A stretch of 64,000 bases of DNA. Source: a virus. The notes beneath the pieces are model-generated. The model ran no database searches and was not told the DNA's origin. It was given only the letters and a program-made list of their open reading frames with translations. Made by a program: the position numbers and the translations under genes. The stretch is taken from IMG/VR virus record IMGVR_UViG_3300045988_179014, positions 224,001 through 288,000 of that record; one strand, given 5' to 3'. Below are positions 1-9,051 of this stretch, in pieces (positions within the stretch are counted from its first letter, which is position 1; each line of letters opens with the position of its first letter).

Positions 1-1111
1 TCCTTGCAGAAATCCAGACAAATGCCCTTATGGAGCATATGCCACACAAGAAGCATCCCAGAAAGCGTATGAAGCGTCCATGGCTTCCAAAACCACTATG
101 GGAATGTCGCGAACCAATAGCAAAGGTAGGACTCAAAAGGAACTCAACGAATGGGCCAAGAACTCTACAAATGTGGATGAGTTGCAACAAGTGGCCGAAC
201 AAGGAAAAGAACGTGCACTGAGAAACTTGGCAGCAAATGAACATGCCACCAGCGAACAGTTGCTTTTAGGCCGTAATAGAACCAACAATCCAGAAACCAA
301 GGAAAAGTTTGAACGGGCTGATAATTTCCCAGTTGAACACATGAGTGAGGAATTGTTGCAACATTTATTCCAACACAACTATGGCAACAAGTTGGAACAA
401 CGTAATGGTTTGAATGATGCTGGTGTTGACCGTATCATGGCTATGGGGGCTCGTGCGCTTCCGATTGCTGCCAACAGATACAATAAAGTTTCAGCTGCCA
501 AATTGCAAGAACTCACATCAGGTATGTCCAGTACTGACATTGGCTATGTTATGAGATGTAATCCACGTTATGTTCCCAAGAACATTGAGTCAATGAACAC
601 AAATGAATTAATCGCCATTGGGAGAGAATCCAATGATGCAGAGACTCTTCACCGAATAGCAACAGTTTTAACAAATAAAACTGACCGTGAACTTGAAACG
701 GCAGCTGAACAAATACTGATGAATCGAAACACATCAGATAAAACATTGAATATGCTGGTGCAACATCCAGGTATTCGTAACGAAAACAATTTTGTCAACA
801 TTTTCGCTCATCCAAATGCTTCAAATGCCACCAAACAAATAGCTGCCAAGAGGGACCGTCGTGTTGCCAGTATAGTGAAAATAAAAGATTTGGTTGCGGA
901 TAAACCCGAAACTATCAAACGTATTCAGGATACTACGCACTATGAATCTGATTACAGGAAATGTCGTTACCGCTTTGACCCTGATGTTTTGAAAGAAGCA
1001 GGATGGGATGACTATGATGTGGATACATATGTTCGTTACGAATTAAGAAACTATCTTTGGGGGCCACAATACAATTCAGCCACAGGAGAATATATCGGAT
1101 ATACGGATTAA
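1..1111 (+). CDS. Protein with shared N-terminal Cys/His module, 5'-truncated by the window edge; C-terminal domain unknown
   Basis: Frame 2 from position 2 reads PCRNPDKCPYGAYATQEASQKAYEASM in frame with ORF 80..1111. This matches the C-x6-C-P-Y..EEAQxAYExxM module seen in 7 other proteins in the window. Confidence 0.55.
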   Translation, partial: PCRNPDKCPYGAYATQEASQKAYEASMASKTTMGMSRTNSKGRTQKELNEWAKNSTNVDELQQVAEQGKERALRNLAANEHATSEQLLLGRNRTNNPETKEKFERADNFPVEHMSEELLQHLFQHNYGNKLEQRNGLNDAGVDRIMAMGARALPIAANRYNKVSAAKLQELTSGMSSTDIGYVMRCNPRYVPKNIESMNTNELIAIGRESNDAETLHRIATVLTNKTDRELETAAEQILMNRNTSDKTLNMLVQHPGIRNENNFVNIFAHPNASNATKQIAAKRDRRVASIVKIKDLVADKPETIKRIQDTTHYESDYRKCRYRFDPDVLKEAGWDDYDVDTYVRYELRNYLWGPQYNSATGEYIGYTD

Positions 1112-1127
1112 AGTCGATTCATCAATA

Positions 1128-1160
1128 CAAGAAGGTCAGAGTGTTTTATATTCTGACCTT
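1128..1160. terminator. Perfect 11-bp inverted repeat (AGAAGGTCAGA / TCTGACCTTCT) between convergent genes; likely bidirectional intrinsic terminator
   Basis: Hairpin read directly in the sequence, T-rich flank, lies between the stop at 1111 (+) and the stop at 1177 (-). Confidence 0.5.
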
Positions 1161-1176
1161 CTTTATATACGTAAAA

Positions 1177-1656
1177 CTATTTGTTTCTGACATTTTTCCA
1201 CGAATAATTTTCGATTCGAGCCTTTTCCAATAGTTCTACCAGTTGTTCGCGTTTCTGCTCACAATCAGCAATCTGCTGGTCCAATCGTTTAATTTGCCCC
1301 AAAACACCAAGCCTTTCTGTTTCCGCCAAGTATTTCTTGTGTTGACGAATACGGGAACGAATCATTGAAGCAAAACCACGGTCTGTCATCTGAATAATAT
1401 GTCGTTCCAATTTGATGTCTTGACGACCTTGAAAGCGGTCCTTCACTGTTATTACAATGTATTCATTTGTTAAATCTTTAATGGCAATGTTCTTAACGAC
1501 CCAAAACAAGTCACCTAGGTATTCCTCGTTCTTTTTATGGTAGGCGGAACACCCAAGGCTTTTCTCAACCACAGAGCGTCCCACTGCTTGTAAAGCTTGC
1601 AGTTTCAGAAAAACAAACTGACGAAACAATTTGGCATAGAACCGTTTACTGGTCAT
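1177..1656 (-). CDS. Hypothetical protein; tandem paralog of 1660..2241
   Basis: Shares DR(D/G)FASM(V/I)RSRI(H/R)QHK and LGDL(S/F)WV motifs with its neighbour. Confidence 0.5.
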   Translation of the reverse strand: MTSKRFYAKLFRQFVFLKLQALQAVGRSVVEKSLGCSAYHKKNEEYLGDLFWVVKNIAIKDLTNEYIVITVKDRFQGRQDIKLERHIIQMTDRGFASMIRSRIRQHKKYLAETERLGVLGQIKRLDQQIADCEQKREQLVELLEKARIENYSWKNVRNK

Positions 1657-1659
1657 TTC

Positions 1660-2241
1660 TTAGCTCCTTCTGTCAGGCTTTGGACTGCTTTCGCTCTTGA
1701 GTTTCTTGTGTGTACGTTGATTGGTGTAGTTAACTAAATCATTCACAGTTTTCTTGTACTGTTCCTGCAATGTTGTCAACTGGTCACGCTTTTTGAAACA
1801 ATCATGAATTATTCGCTCCAACTCTCGTATCTCAGTTCGTGCTTCAATCAACTGTTGTCTGGCAAGATGACTTTTATGTTGATGGATACGAGAACGAACC
1901 ATTGAAGCAAAATCACGGTCGCTTTTATGTATGATGTTGCGTTCTAAGCTGATTTCTTCATAATGTTGGTTATTGCTACAAACCACTGCAATATGTTCTG
2001 GCGTTAGTTCTAAAATGTCAATTTTGCCAAGAACCCATGAAAGGTCACCCAAAAACTCTCCATTGACTGTAGTCCAATGCTGTCCCAACGATTTTTGAAC
2101 CACCAATCTGCCTACCATTTGCAAATTTCGTAACTTGGTAAGAACGAAAGAGTTGATTTCTTCCTTCAAGTTGCCCCATTGGTTCTGCAACTGGTCTTGT
2201 CGAGTTAAAAGTTGCATATACTGTGATTTATTACTCATCAA
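1660..2241 (-). CDS. Hypothetical protein; tandem paralog of 1177..1656
   Basis: Clear similarity to the adjacent ORF; function unknown. Confidence 0.5.
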   Translation of the reverse strand: MMSNKSQYMQLLTRQDQLQNQWGNLKEEINSFVLTKLRNLQMVGRLVVQKSLGQHWTTVNGEFLGDLSWVLGKIDILELTPEHIAVVCSNNQHYEEISLERNIIHKSDRDFASMVRSRIHQHKSHLARQQLIEARTEIRELERIIHDCFKKRDQLTTLQEQYKKTVNDLVNYTNQRTHKKLKSESSPKPDRRS

Positions 2242-2576
2242 TATTTCCCATCATAAAGACATCAATAATAATCCAGTTGTTGATTGGTTCATTATAGGCA
2301 TCAAATGTTAACCAAGTTTGGGTTATGTGTCCTGTTTTAATGAGTCCCGTAGCACCACATGGTATAGGGGGACAGCAATTCAGCAACATGGCTATTTTGG
2401 TGTTAATATAGAAAAATTCAGGTTGCTGGGATGCAAAATCAATTATTGCATGAGCGACCTGATGCGTATGGGGCGAGGTTGTGTACGAAGTAACCTACAG
2501 CACAATGTTTCCTTTCATCTAATTAAAGTCAATGATAACTTTATCACTGACGTCTTCTAGTGATAACTTTATCATG

Positions 2577-2649
2577 GGTGCTTCTGGCGGGAATCGAACC
2601 CACTTACGCGGTTTTAGGGACCACTGCTTGACCATTAAGCTTCAGAAGC
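2577..2649 (-). tRNA. tRNA with anticodon CUA (amber/UAG-reading suppressor type); CCA not encoded
   Basis: Manual cloverleaf on the reverse complement: acceptor GCUUCUG/CAGAAGC; D-stem GCUU/AAGC with GG in loop; anticodon stem GUGGU/ACCGC with loop CCCUAAA; T-arm GUGGG-UUCGAUU-CCCGC; discriminator A. Position 33 is C, not the usual U. Confidence 0.6.
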
Positions 2650-2702
2650 CTCCGTGAGAAGTCAAATCAAAACTCCTCACTATTCACTAGAATACCACAA
2701 TT

Positions 2703-3482
2703 TCAACTGTTTGTAAAATCAGTTTCGGCTGTCAAAGCGGTTTTTGCCAGTCCTGGACGACGTAGTGGAGGATAGATTTCTGATGCGTCCCCTGCCCGAT
2801 ATAAGTCTGATGAACGTCCACCAACAATACTTGACGTGCGTTTTGTCCCCACCTCATACAGTAATCCTGGTACTGATTGAAGTTTACGACGAAAATTGCT
2901 TGGAATGATGGAAACTCCCCACACTATTTCATAGACTCGACGTAATTCTGACATGGTGAATGTTTCATCTTCCAAAAAATGATGAGCAATGGGGCTGTAC
3001 TTAATTTTGGCTCGAACCCGCTCCAGCCCATCATGAACAATGACATCATGGTCAAATGCCAACTCAAAATCATCACTGAGAACGTCTGCAACAGGGAAGA
3101 AATGAGCTTCTGCGGCATCATCTCCGGCTTTTGGCCGTTCTACTTGTGGAGCCAATGCCACATATGCTGTAGATACCACAAAACCTCGTGGGTCTCTACC
3201 AGGATTGCCGTAGGTTTTCAACTGTTCCAAGTAGCCATCTTCAATGGTTAAATTAGTTTCTTCCTTCAACTCGCGGGCAGCTGCATCATCCAACGATTCA
3301 TTGGTGTTAACAAAGCCCCCGGGAAGCGCCCATTTTCCTTTATTCGGATGGTCACCACGTTTTATCAACAAAATACATAGTTGCCCATTCCGGATTGTGA
3401 AAATTATCAAGTCAACTGTCACACCAACAGATGGATAGTCTGACATGTTATAACCAGCCAGAAAATCTTCTTCATCAATCAT
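2703..3482 (-). CDS. NUDIX hydrolase with C-terminal extension (ADP-ribose pyrophosphatase or NrtR-like)
   Basis: Nudix box GGFVNTNESLDDAAARELKEETNL (G-x5-E-x7-RE-x2-EE); adjacent to pncA and pncB. Confidence 0.65.
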   Translation of the reverse strand: MIDEEDFLAGYNMSDYPSVGVTVDLIIFTIRNGQLCILLIKRGDHPNKGKWALPGGFVNTNESLDDAAARELKEETNLTIEDGYLEQLKTYGNPGRDPRGFVVSTAYVALAPQVERPKAGDDAAEAHFFPVADVLSDDFELAFDHDVIVHDGLERVRAKIKYSPIAHHFLEDETFTMSELRRVYEIVWGVSIIPSNFRRKLQSVPGLLYEVGTKRTSSIVGGRSSDLYRAGDASEIYPPLRRPGLAKTALTAETDFTNS

Positions 3483-3551
3483 TGGTACTCCTTGTTCAAT
3501 AATGCCACTACTACTATTATATCGATAAGAATCAATATGATTATTAAGGTA

Positions 3552-3758
3552 CTACCATTGCTCTGATTGAGTGATTTTATGATTGAGTCGATGATGCCAT
3601 GTTATGTGAACAGTTCTATTGGCAACCAAAGAACCACATAGAACACAGATTGATAGCACAGGTGATTCTCCGGTTTTAGGATTCAATACTGGTAGCCTCA
3701 CAAATTCTGGAACTGGGAATGATTTGAGACCCCAAGGAGATTGGCTATCTTCATTCAT
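3552..3758 (-). CDS. Small Cys/His-containing protein (possible zinc ribbon)
   Basis: ATGA start/stop overlap with the pncA stop, suggesting translational coupling; CVLCGS...HITWHH. Confidence 0.3.
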   Translation of the reverse strand: MNEDSQSPWGLKSFPVPEFVRLPVLNPKTGESPVLSICVLCGSLVANRTVHITWHHRLNHKITQSEQW

Positions 3759-4345
3759 AGTATCTCAACGCCTGCTTTAAGAAAATCGTTAGTCAACAAT
3801 TTACGAACCTGTTCATTGTTAATTCCTACACAGAATCTTGACAAAATAGTAGTATGTAACCCTTCACGTACTGCATCCAAAGCCGTTTCTCGGACACAAT
3901 AATCAGTTGCAATACCCACGATAGCCACATTGTTTACGCCGAGTTCACGAAGCGCAGCAGCCAATGTTGTTCCATCTTCGGTCATTCCTTCAAAACCTGA
4001 ATAAGCTGCTGCAAACATACCTTTATGTACAGCAATAGAAACTCCACGTCCTCGCTCAGCATCTTTTCGTAATGCATTTGCTAAAGTTGGTACAAGACCT
4101 GCTCCTTCAGTATCAGCTACACAATGAACCGGCCAAGAATCAACAAAATCAGGGTTACTGGAAAAATGCGAACCTGGTTCAATATGCCAATCCTGAGTAG
4201 TGACCAGATAGTCATATTCATTCAAAGTCCCGTCATTAATCGCATCAGCCAAATCATGTGCAAGTTGAGACCCACCAGTAACGGCTAATGCTCCACCCTC
4301 TACGAAATCGTTCTGCACGTCCACAATAATCAATGCTGTGTTCAT
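3755..4345 (-). CDS. pncA: Nicotinamidase/pyrazinamidase (isochorismatase family)
   Basis: N-terminus ALIIVDVQNDFVEGGALAV is typical of PncA and isochorismatase-fold enzymes. Confidence 0.7.
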   Translation of the reverse strand: MNTALIIVDVQNDFVEGGALAVTGGSQLAHDLADAINDGTLNEYDYLVTTQDWHIEPGSHFSSNPDFVDSWPVHCVADTEGAGLVPTLANALRKDAERGRGVSIAVHKGMFAAAYSGFEGMTEDGTTLAAALRELGVNNVAIVGIATDYCVRETALDAVREGLHTTILSRFCVGINNEQVRKLLTNDFLKAGVEIL

Positions 4346-4346
4346 A

Positions 4347-4895
4347 TCATATTCCTGATTTTCTGCTTGTCCAGTTTAAATGTTCTTTCGCCCAGTCCAA
4401 TATACGAATGATATGTTTCAACTCAAGTCCATTGTGACTATTTGGTTGAATAACCAATGATGGCGCCAAGGTATTACCACGTACATGGTCTTCCCAAAAC
4501 TGTGGCGCTTTGTCATCTATCCAAACAAAAGGTCGTGGATTGTGTTGTTGGTGGTCTATGATGTAGTCTGCTTTCCACCGTGTCCAAGCTTTATAACCTT
4601 TTGTTTGAACATCAAAATTGGCAGGACTGTGTTGTGACAAATCTGCAAGACCCATTATTTCCGCTACTTTGCAAATATTGGCACCATCATTCCAAGTTGT
4701 GTGCCAAATGGAATCAAAACATCCAGTTGACAAAAGCTGCGATATCAATTGGACCGATTCCGGATTCCAATTGATTTGCGTTTTATGTGACAAAATTTCG
4801 CTATTATGTGTAGCGATACGTGCCCTAGTCGTGTTTGACGATGGCGTAATATTGTACACACCGTTGAAATCTGAGTATATTACAAAATTCATCAC
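4347..4895 (-). CDS. HAD-like hydrolase (degenerate motif I), function unknown
   Basis: IYSDFNGV resembles a DxDGx motif, with FVWIDD as motif IV; sits between pncA and pncB. Confidence 0.35.
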   Translation of the reverse strand: MMNFVIYSDFNGVYNITPSSNTTRARIATHNSEILSHKTQINWNPESVQLISQLLSTGCFDSIWHTTWNDGANICKVAEIMGLADLSQHSPANFDVQTKGYKAWTRWKADYIIDHQQHNPRPFVWIDDKAPQFWEDHVRGNTLAPSLVIQPNSHNGLELKHIIRILDWAKEHLNWTSRKSGI

Positions 4896-5211
4896 AGGTT
4901 CCTTAAATCAGTATCCATAATGTTTCCATTTTATCCCAGACCAGAGACAACAACAAAACCTGTGCATACTGTTCTTCAAGTTTCAAGTTTTCATGGTTCT
5001 AAGCGTCAAGGAAACATTTAGACACCTTGAAACCAGCATTACAACAATTTGTACAAACTGGAGTAAATCAGTCAACATCGTTTCCAATCACGACCACAAT
5101 GAATCACGCTACATTCGTTACTCGTTTCCAACATTGTCTCGACTGGAGAAATTAAATAATCTGTTGACAGCAATCATCTCTGAAATGTTTCATTGGTTGT
5201 TGTAATATGGG

Positions 5212-6507
5212 TTATTTTTCAACAACTTCAAACATGGGTTTTCCCGCAGAAGTCAACAATGCCTCTTTGGGCAGAGTACTCAGAGTGTACGCATGAAAAG
5301 CACGAGATTCCTCTATTGTTGGAATATGGTAGTTTCCTTCATTGACATACATTATTTGTACAGGATGAATTGAACCAGATGCGATATCGTCATGCTTCAA
5401 CGACCCAATTCGATAGTATTCACCAGTCATGATTCCATGGTCATAGGTGCGATAAGCTATTTTCAGCCCGCCAGTGGTTTTCTTCCCAGATGCATTTTTC
5501 GCTACTGGAACCATCTCTCCATTACTGTTTTCCCGTTCTACCAATTTGAACACCATTGAAGCAGTTGGATGACCTGAACCAGTTACCACACGAGTTCCGA
5601 CACCAATCCCATCAACTGGTGTTCCTTGGTCAACAAGTTCCGCAATAGTGTATTCATCAATGTCCGAGGAAAGAATAATTTTAGTGTTCACAGCTCCAAG
5701 TTCATCCAACAGGTTACGAGCTTTGACGGTTTCTTCATGCAAATCCCCAGAATCTATACGAATACCACCCAAACTAGGCCCAGCAACTTCTATTGCATTA
5801 CGAATACCTTGTTCAATGTTATATGTATCCACCAGTAATGTAGTTTCAACACCCAATGCATCAATTTGTGCTTGGAAAGCAGATTTTTCATCCTCAAAAT
5901 CTAATGTGAACGCATGGGCTGAAGTGCCAGTGGTAGGAATACCATAACACAATCCAGCTTCCAAATTTGATGTGGCACTGAAACCAGCAATATATGCAGC
6001 ACGAGCAGAATCAATAGCTGCCTTCTCATGAGTACGTCGTGAACCCATCTCAATCAGTGGCAGTCCTTGAGCGGCCACAACCATTCGTGAAGCAGCTGAC
6101 ATTACAGCAGAATCGTGGTTCAGGATGGACAATAGTATGGTTTCCAACAAAACAGCATCACCAAAGAACCCTTCAACTGTCAGAATTGGACTGTTGGGGA
6201 AATAGACGTCCCCTTCACGATATCCTCTGATACGTCCACTGAATGTATAATCACGAAGATAATCAATCGTATCAGAATGAATCATTGGGTCATTTTTCAA
6301 CAAATCAAGCTGTTCTTCTGTGAACCTGAAATCCTTCACTGCTTTAACCGCCCTGTTGACACCTCCCACAACCCCATAACGGCGACCTTTGGGAAGTGTA
6401 CGAGCAAACAAATCAAATGTGGCTTTATCAAATGCATGACCTGATTCCAAAGCCGCTTGCAGCATTGTGATTTCATACTTGTCTGTTTGAAAGGCTGTAC
6501 TTGCCAT
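5212..6507 (-). CDS. pncB: Nicotinate phosphoribosyltransferase
   Basis: 431 aa; N-terminus and overall pattern resemble the NAPRTase family (DKYEITM...); linked to pncA. Confidence 0.7.
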   Translation of the reverse strand: MASTAFQTDKYEITMLQAALESGHAFDKATFDLFARTLPKGRRYGVVGGVNRAVKAVKDFRFTEEQLDLLKNDPMIHSDTIDYLRDYTFSGRIRGYREGDVYFPNSPILTVEGFFGDAVLLETILLSILNHDSAVMSAASRMVVAAQGLPLIEMGSRRTHEKAAIDSARAAYIAGFSATSNLEAGLCYGIPTTGTSAHAFTLDFEDEKSAFQAQIDALGVETTLLVDTYNIEQGIRNAIEVAGPSLGGIRIDSGDLHEETVKARNLLDELGAVNTKIILSSDIDEYTIAELVDQGTPVDGIGVGTRVVTGSGHPTASMVFKLVERENSNGEMVPVAKNASGKKTTGGLKIAYRTYDHGIMTGEYYRIGSLKHDDIASGSIHPVQIMYVNEGNYHIPTIEESRAFHAYTLSTLPKEALLTSAGKPMFEVVEK

Positions 6508-6848
6508 CTTCGTCTCCTTGTTGTTTGTCCGGCGTTGGAGTTACCCGGTATTTTTATGACAATAATTGGTTGTCCCCGTATCCAGTGTACCATCAACTGA
6601 AAAACTACTCACCAATCAGGGTCAAGTCAATGTTTCGCAGCAAACGACGAATCTAACGTTACAAAACCAGTTTGATTACAAATAATCATATTCTGGCGGA
6701 ACAGTTAGCAATTTGAAACAATTAACATGTTGAAGTTATTCACAGATAACACTTTGACTAACGAAAACACCCGTCTGACAACACTTGATGAAGATGGCGA
6801 TGAATAAACCATGTTGATTTTTGACAAACCGGTGAATAGCCATTCTGT

Positions 6849-7352
6849 TTATTCAAGGTCTTCTGATTCCTGGGCGGAGTGTTTATCAAAATCTGGAACC
6901 TGCAATGATTTGTTAGCTTTGTCAATCATTGCTTCCAAAGATTTACGATACTTGGATTCAAACATGCGTAATTTTTCCACACGTTCCAACAATTCAGTTT
7001 CTTCCAGTTTCAAATCCTCTAATCTATCTTCTACTTCCTGCTCAGTGGTTTCGCGCCATTCTTTGATGTCATGATTTGCGGTCTCAATCATTTCGGCAGC
7101 TTTGGTTTCAGCCTCCAACACCAAATAGTCATGACGCTCCCGACCTTCGGAAACCAATCGGTCACGAGTTTCTTCGGCTTCTGTAATCAAAATTACGGCT
7201 TCTTCTTTGGCCTCATCAATCAATTGGTCATATATTTTCTGCACTGTATCCAACACCGTCACACTTTTATGGAAATCATTTTGGGTTGATTCTGTTGCAA
7301 TTTCAGACATAACCTGTTCAGAATTGGTTTCATTTTCTTCTTGGTTTGACAT
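6849..7352 (-). CDS. Acidic coiled-coil protein (DivIVA-like?)
   Basis: Highly charged E/K-rich heptad-like sequence; weak resemblance to DivIVA. Confidence 0.3.
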   Translation of the reverse strand: MSNQEENETNSEQVMSEIATESTQNDFHKSVTVLDTVQKIYDQLIDEAKEEAVILITEAEETRDRLVSEGRERHDYLVLEAETKAAEMIETANHDIKEWRETTEQEVEDRLEDLKLEETELLERVEKLRMFESKYRKSLEAMIDKANKSLQVPDFDKHSAQESEDLE

Positions 7353-7439
7353 GGCGTTTCCTTTCAGAATGCAAACAGGTCATCATGCAACACAATTGTT
7401 GTGACCATACTGTGTGCGAATATCACTCACATCTCACAA

Positions 7440-8642
7440 TCAATCCACGTTTTTCAGTTTCAACAATGCTGTCAAAGTCATTTCCGCATCTGCTAAAGCT
7501 CTATGCGCTCCTGTATAGGACTGTCCTGATGCTTCCACCAATGATTTGTTGGTGTTGTCAGGTGTTTCGGGCAGGAAGAATGTACTGACCATGCGAGTGT
7601 CCAATACTTCCAGCCCATTCGCTTGTAATGCATTGAAACCGAAAAGATTGTGCTGCAACTGTCCAATTTCAAATTTGGCATTATGCGCCACCATGACAGA
7701 ATCACTCAACATGGACAACACCTTGGTTTGCTTTTCTGGGTCATTCACGAAAACTTCTTTGTCTTTAATCTCATCCCATGAAATATGATGAACATGCTCA
7801 GCACCAGTACCATGAACTTTGGCGAAGTCTTGAGGAACTCCACTCATGAATGACATGGTTTCAACACGACCATCTGGATAACGTTTGACAATACCTACTT
7901 CAATGATGTTTGAATATGGACCTTTGTCAACATATCCACTCTCTTGAGAAGCGGCAACCTCCAAATCAATTGATACCAAAGGTTTATCTGTTCTCAAAGA
8001 CATATTGGCCCACATATGACGGTATGCCTCAGTGCGGGTCATTCCAGTTGCCATCAAATCATCAACTTGTTTCTTCACGTCTTCAGTTGACATGCCTGAA
8101 TACGAGGAAATCACTTGATTCGCGTCGGCCTCGTTTTCAGATGTGATATCAGGGTGGAAATTGTAAGGACCGTTCTTCTTCTTTTGTTGCCGTTTCCAAT
8201 CCTCAAATTTTGCTTGATTCAATGCTTTCTGGTCATCTCTTCGTTGTTGCAATTGGGCTCGTTCTTCAGAAGACATGTATCTTTCAGCTTCACGTTCTTT
8301 AGCTGTAGCCAAGAAATTCAATTGTTTGGCTTTTTGCACCGTCTGGAACCAACGAACACTGGCCAGAGCTTCTGGATTACCTTCAGCGGTTTTCAGTTCG
8401 TTGGCCAGTTTCCACATATTCCTTTTTGCAGCCCGAGATTTCAGAAACAACTCCTCTATTCGTTCAGCATTTGATGTTGAGGACTTGGACATTGTGTTCA
8501 CTACTTGATTGGACATTCTACGTTCATATGCGTCACGTGCTTCAGCTATAGAGTTGTAGTGGAACTCATCAGAATATGGGCATTGTCGTTTAGCAGAGCA
8601 ACGATTTACAACACCATTTTGAGGGTTTAAATGAAATAACAT
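7440..8642 (-). CDS. N-terminal Cys/His module fused to a DEDDh 3'-5' exonuclease (DnaQ-like)
   Basis: N-terminus NRCSAKRQCPYSDEFHYNSIAEARDAYERRM; C-terminus IDLEVAAS...HNAKFE...H-x4-D exonuclease motifs. Confidence 0.6.
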   Translation of the reverse strand: MLFHLNPQNGVVNRCSAKRQCPYSDEFHYNSIAEARDAYERRMSNQVVNTMSKSSTSNAERIEELFLKSRAAKRNMWKLANELKTAEGNPEALASVRWFQTVQKAKQLNFLATAKEREAERYMSSEERAQLQQRRDDQKALNQAKFEDWKRQQKKKNGPYNFHPDITSENEADANQVISSYSGMSTEDVKKQVDDLMATGMTRTEAYRHMWANMSLRTDKPLVSIDLEVAASQESGYVDKGPYSNIIEVGIVKRYPDGRVETMSFMSGVPQDFAKVHGTGAEHVHHISWDEIKDKEVFVNDPEKQTKVLSMLSDSVMVAHNAKFEIGQLQHNLFGFNALQANGLEVLDTRMVSTFFLPETPDNTNKSLVEASGQSYTGAHRALADAEMTLTALLKLKNVD

Positions 8643-8882
8643 GCCATCCTCCTATTTCAATCTTACATAGTTTGTATCTAACGATTCAACTACTCATGAT
8701 TCTTTCAAGAAGTACAGTTAACCGTGATTCTGACTGATAGTGAAATCGTAGCACGCAAACGAGCAATGTTGACTACAAAATAATATTGCGTTTCCTATTA
8801 TGCCCAAACCATCCTGAAATGACTCCAATGAATGCGTGAATATGCAATTATATTTCGAATTATGGAAAGCACAAACCAAGCT

Positions 8883-9025
8883 CCTAGAAGTGTTTTGAGC
8901 GTGATTTTGAAGGTATCACGAAGAAGCATTTCACGTAAAACTTCTTGAAAACACGAAAAACGCCCCCGAATAGGCTTGGTAGAATCTGGGCTATTCAAGG
9001 GGCGCTACAGAAAGCGATTTTATGG
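8883..9025 (-). repeat. Copy A of a ~150-bp repeated intergenic element containing an intrinsic terminator (minus-strand orientation)
   Basis: Aligns with 53573..53725 and 58233..58390; imperfect inverted repeat CGCCCCCGAATAGG...CCTATTCAAGGGGCG, followed on the minus strand by TTTTTCGTGTTTTC. Confidence 0.6.
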
Positions 9026-9051
9026 TTTTCTCATACACTCATTTTATGGTT

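Noticed and set aside
133-378. Numerous 60-130 aa ORFs antisense to or nested within long, well-supported genes (e.g. 133..378, 2924..3121, 5626..5947, 9412..9825, 23336..24271, 61094..61972)
   Set aside because: They overlap larger ORFs that have clear domain signatures and show low-complexity or Cys-rich odd composition. Most likely spurious six-frame noise.
8935-8990. Reading the repeat on the plus strand as a sigma70-like promoter (TTGAAA ... TAGAAT)
   Set aside because: Spacing between the candidate -35 and TAGAAT is ~29 bp. In all three copies the flanking genes converge on the element, whereas the minus-strand reading gives a canonical hairpin plus U-tract terminator.
8798-8998. 66-aa ORF on the minus strand
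   Set aside because: Almost entirely inside repeat copy A / the terminator hairpin, with no RBS context. Better explained as non-coding repeat sequence.
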